NCBI GenBank assembly: GCA_977016875.1
Contig: CDRNST010000217.1
Coordinates: 992,001-1,056,000, forward strand
Length of the DNA stretch: 64,000 nt
Direction of reading: 5' to 3'
DNA from: Pavona decussata
Taxonomy: Eukaryota
This document shows positions 61,758 through 64,000 of this stretch, piece by piece (the first letter of the stretch is position 1; every line of letters starts with the position of its first letter). A program made the position numbers and the translations under genes. A model generated the notes under the pieces. The model made no database searches. It worked only from the letters and a program-made list of their open reading frames with translations, and was not told where the DNA came from.

Positions 61758-64000
61758 GCAGAACATGCAGAATTTGAAACAAACCGGAAAATGGATCTCA
61801 ACCAAGTGGCTACACCGTAGAATTACGAGCCAGTCAATTTCAATACATGATTAACATCTTGAAAGATGACGAAAAAGAACGATCTTTCCCAAATCTATAC
61901 CGCCACACATTGCGCACGACCTCTATACAATAACCATGCAGTCTTCATTAAGCTGGAGTTGATCATGATACTGTGGAAATTTGCGCCATTACAAAGCACA
62001 AATATGAACAAAGCCGTTCAGGCCCTATATAAAGAATAACCCTAGCTGTCAGAAACGTACTTGTTCCGAAATTCTCGATTTTTTAAATTCCAATGAGCTG
62101 TTGTTAGAAATAATGCCTGTAGGAGCTCCATGGTCGGCGGCTAAAATGTGCCTGAGCAGGACCAAAACCATATTATTGCCCGTGAACATCAACTGCATTG
62201 TCATATTAGCACTTAACGCCTTCTTTCTTTGTATGTTGATTCTTTTAGCATACGCACGAGAAGAAAATCAATCACATTCAAAATAGCTTGTGCCTTTCAG
62301 TTCTTCTTCTTTGACTCGTCCTAAGACTGGGCGACAAGAGAATGCATTTCGACTAAATAATTTTAAAGTTCAGATTCTTTCCTCTGTTGAACGAAAAAGG
62401 TAGGATACAAGAAAACAACGAATGCGGGAGATATTTGGCTGTTTCAAACTTTGCCTAAGAAATCTGTGGTAAAAAGGTAGAAACAGCTAGAAAAATATAG
62501 TAAACCCAAAGGATTCCATCATTGAACAAAGTTAAACTTTATCTTGACGAAATTCATTCCTGTAAAGCCTATATTATCCGAGTGTTGGTTGCTTCATACG
62601 TGCGAAGCAAACCCAAGCCGGCGCAAGCCACATTCGCCTTTGCGTTAGCGCAGCTCGTGTGAACCAGTCTTTAGCAGCAAAATTGCAGTGCCAAATTATG
62701 TCATATTCCTTTTCTCGGTCAAACAGAAGAATCGAAAGGCTTGCGATGGCCCTTTTCACGGTTGATTTTTCTCATTTGCATTACAATGTTATCCAACGCG
62801 GATGCGAGGCAATTTCGGGCAAAAGCTACAAAATAGCCCGACATTGCCTCACATACATGCTAGATTTCATTGTAATTCAAATGAGCAGAGTTAACCGTGA
62901 AAAGGGCTATTGGACCAAACTTAGGCTGTAAAAGATCACATTCTTTTAACATAAAACTATTTATTTATTTAAAGCAAATACCGCGGTCCATTAACTTACT
63001 GTTACTCTTATATAAATAAAAAATAAAAGATAAAATATTTATTTTAAGCTAATACCGCGGTCCATTAACTAACTGTTACCTTTATATAAATAAAAGCTTT
63101 CTTTTCTATCTTTTTTTCCGTGTACTTTGTTTTTGTTGGTTTCTGATCTTTGCCACTTGAAGTAATCTTTATTTTCATTGTGTTTACGACAAAAAGGTAG
63201 CATTCAGTAATGCCACTTATTCAAAAGTCACCAAAACCCCGACACAGTACTAGTTAAATCTGAAAAAAAGCTCCCTACCGGAATACCCTACTAAAAGCTT
63301 AAAAGAACTTTTAAAAAGTAAGTGAAAATAGTCAAAACTGGAATGGCTTAAAGCAACTGAAGTAAACAACTTAACTGATAGCTATAATTAACATTGAAGT
63401 TTCCACGCTCAAAATTAAAGTGCCGTATATTAAATGAAAAAAATGTTATAATGATGAGCGTATTTAATTTGGTGTTCTGCAGATGGTATCAAATTACTTA
63501 TAACGGTAACAAACAAAAAAACGACTGGGCATTATAAAGCCTGGTGTTTTGTGTCTTTCTAAAATTGACAACATATTTTGATGTTAATGTGATTGTTCCA
63601 GTTTTCGAGATACCTTTTATATTGTAGTATTAATATTCCAGGACTTAATTTTTGCTCGAATAATACTGACTTGTTTACAGGCGTTCCCTCATCAAGCCAA
63701 GTGAATCAGCGAGTATCTTAATGTCTAGCCCTGCTCTCGCCGAGGTCCATGAAAGTTGGAGAAAAGTTATAAACTTTTCCACTAAGCTAACGTTATTTTA
63801 AAAGTTACATATATTTTTGGTTATATAATTCTATTATATATCTTATATACTTTTTATTTAGCCCCTCACCAACAACCACGAAAAAGTATTTTAAAGAACT
63901 AGAGAAGAAGAATACTACTCGAAAGAACTTAACTGACAGTTATAATTAACACAAATTTCCACGCTCAAATTCAAAGTGCCATATTTTAAATTTTAGAAAC

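Overview
AT-rich, intron-containing animal DNA. The repeat families and gene types suggest a cnidarian, probably a stony coral (inference only). Two host loci are visible. (1) On the + strand (1088-11314), exons of a cell-surface protein with SEA, S/T-rich, V-like Ig and I-set Ig modules and a C-terminal hydrophobic segment. (2) On the - strand (54086->20209), a receptor tyrosine kinase. It has three divergent Trp-for-Cys V-like Ig exons, at least two with their own signal-peptide exon, upstream of one shared Ig-Ig-FN3-FN3-TM-kinase region. Its tail carries an ITAM-like YxxL-x7-YxxL. This leader+V cassette/constant-region layout is the main candidate novel system. The rest is dense in transposons: a near-complete CR1/L2-type LINE with a 2A-like peptide; a 3'-truncated L1/Tx1; a truncated Crypton; a 4.5 kb TIR element with higher-order palindromic repeats that fuses the L1 to a truncated RTK exon; and two Zator-like TWA-TSD elements sharing an uncharacterised accessory gene (SAM domain in the long copy). 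There are also Penelope fragments, tRNA-derived repeats and many MITEs. Two N gaps are present. Exon boundaries were read by eye from GT-AG sites and reading frame.
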